Origin: Nitrospinota bacterium | Lineage (GTDB): Bacteria > UBA8248 | Length of the DNA: 16,692 nucleotides | Direction: 5' to 3' | NCBI GenBank assembly: GCA_046581755.1 | Contig: JAYGFR010000040.1 | Span: forward strand, 1-16,692 | Part shown: piece after piece, positions 16,003 through 16,692 of the stretch | How the letters are laid out: each line of letters opens with the position of its first letter | Position numbering within the stretch: position 1 is the stretch's first letter | The notes under the pieces: model-generated | Told to the model about the DNA's origin: nothing | Database searches by the model: none | What the model saw: the letters and a program-made list of their open reading frames with translations, nothing else | Program-made: the position numbers and the translations under genes

Positions 16003-16692
16003 GATGCCTAAACTCACCAAAAAGGCCGTGGAGGCCCTGAAAACGCCCGAGAGAGGCGATCTCGTGGCATGGGACAGCCTCATGCCGGGGTTCGGGGTTC
16101 GGGTGAAACCATCGGGCAAAAAGACATACATCATCCAATACAGGAACGCACAGGGCCGATCCCGGCGGATGAGCCTTGGTTCCCATGGACGCATCACCGC
16201 CGCTCAGGCCCGGGAAGATGCCCGGATTTACCTGACCGAGGCCACCCGAGGAAGCGACCCCGCCGAGGAAAAAGCCAGGGGGCGGGATGTCCCCACAATC
16301 AATCAGCTTTGCGACCGATACCTGACCGAATATGCCGAAACCCAAAAAAAGGAATATAGCGCCTACCAAGACCGCCGAATGATCGAATTTTACGTCAAGC
16401 CGAAACTGGGGAGCCGCCTTGTGACGGACGTTACCCGGGCAGATGCCATTTCGCTCCATACCTCCCTGAAAAAGACTCCCTACCAGGCCAATAGAGTAAA
16501 TTCCCTACTCTCGAAAATGATGAACCTCGCCGAGAAGTGGGGACTTCGCCCGGACGGCTCCAATCCATGCCGCCACGTCGAGAAATTCCCGGAAAAGAAA
16601 CGGGAGCGGAAACTGACGCCCGACGAACTGGCGAATCTAGGGGGAACGCTGAACGAGGTGGAAAAGGAAGGCGAGGAGCTTGCCGGCGTGAT
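16003..16692 (+). CDS. P4-like tyrosine integrase with an N-terminal arm-binding domain (DUF4102), cut by the window end
   Basis: Absent from the ORF track. Translated by hand from ATG 16003 (AGGGG RBS): MPKLTKKAVEALK..WDSLMPGFGVRVKPSGKKTYIIQYR..GRSRRMSLGSHG..AQAR..GSDP..PYQANR..LSKMMNLAEKWGLRPDGSNPC..RERKLT; open to 16692. Confidence 0.9.

Noticed and set aside
1..16692. CRISPR array, rRNA or tRNA genes
   Set aside because: No regularly spaced repeats or recognisable structural RNA gene signatures were found by eye.

Overview
High-GC bacterial chromosomal segment with accessory DNA at both ends. Left end (4-1251): a visibly lower-GC piece bounded by a 24-bp imperfect inverted repeat, holding a 5'-truncated DUF4188 gene, a three-hairpin cluster and a stop-interrupted hypothetical gene. 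Next (1260-2965) is a near-consensus sigma28/FliA promoter and three tandem low-complexity genes that appear to share a C-terminal G-x-x-h-(D/N)-h-h-(A/T) end; the first reaches that end only across a poly-G frameshift. A minus-strand block follows: glutaredoxin; HpaB/AbfD-family flavoprotein, VOC protein, frameshifted EthD-like barrel protein and an apparently catalytically dead amidohydrolase-fold lipoprotein; then Fe-alcohol dehydrogenase, yqeC and an M20 peptidase. On the plus strand are an XRE-cupin regulator with a complete spermidine biosynthesis operon (speD, pyruvoyl arginine decarboxylase, speE, speB) and a candidate operator, citrate synthase with a terminator, and the 5' part of a P4-like tyrosine integrase that marks the start of an integrative element. 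No rRNA, tRNA or CRISPR array was seen. All family calls come from reading motifs by eye, not from database searches.
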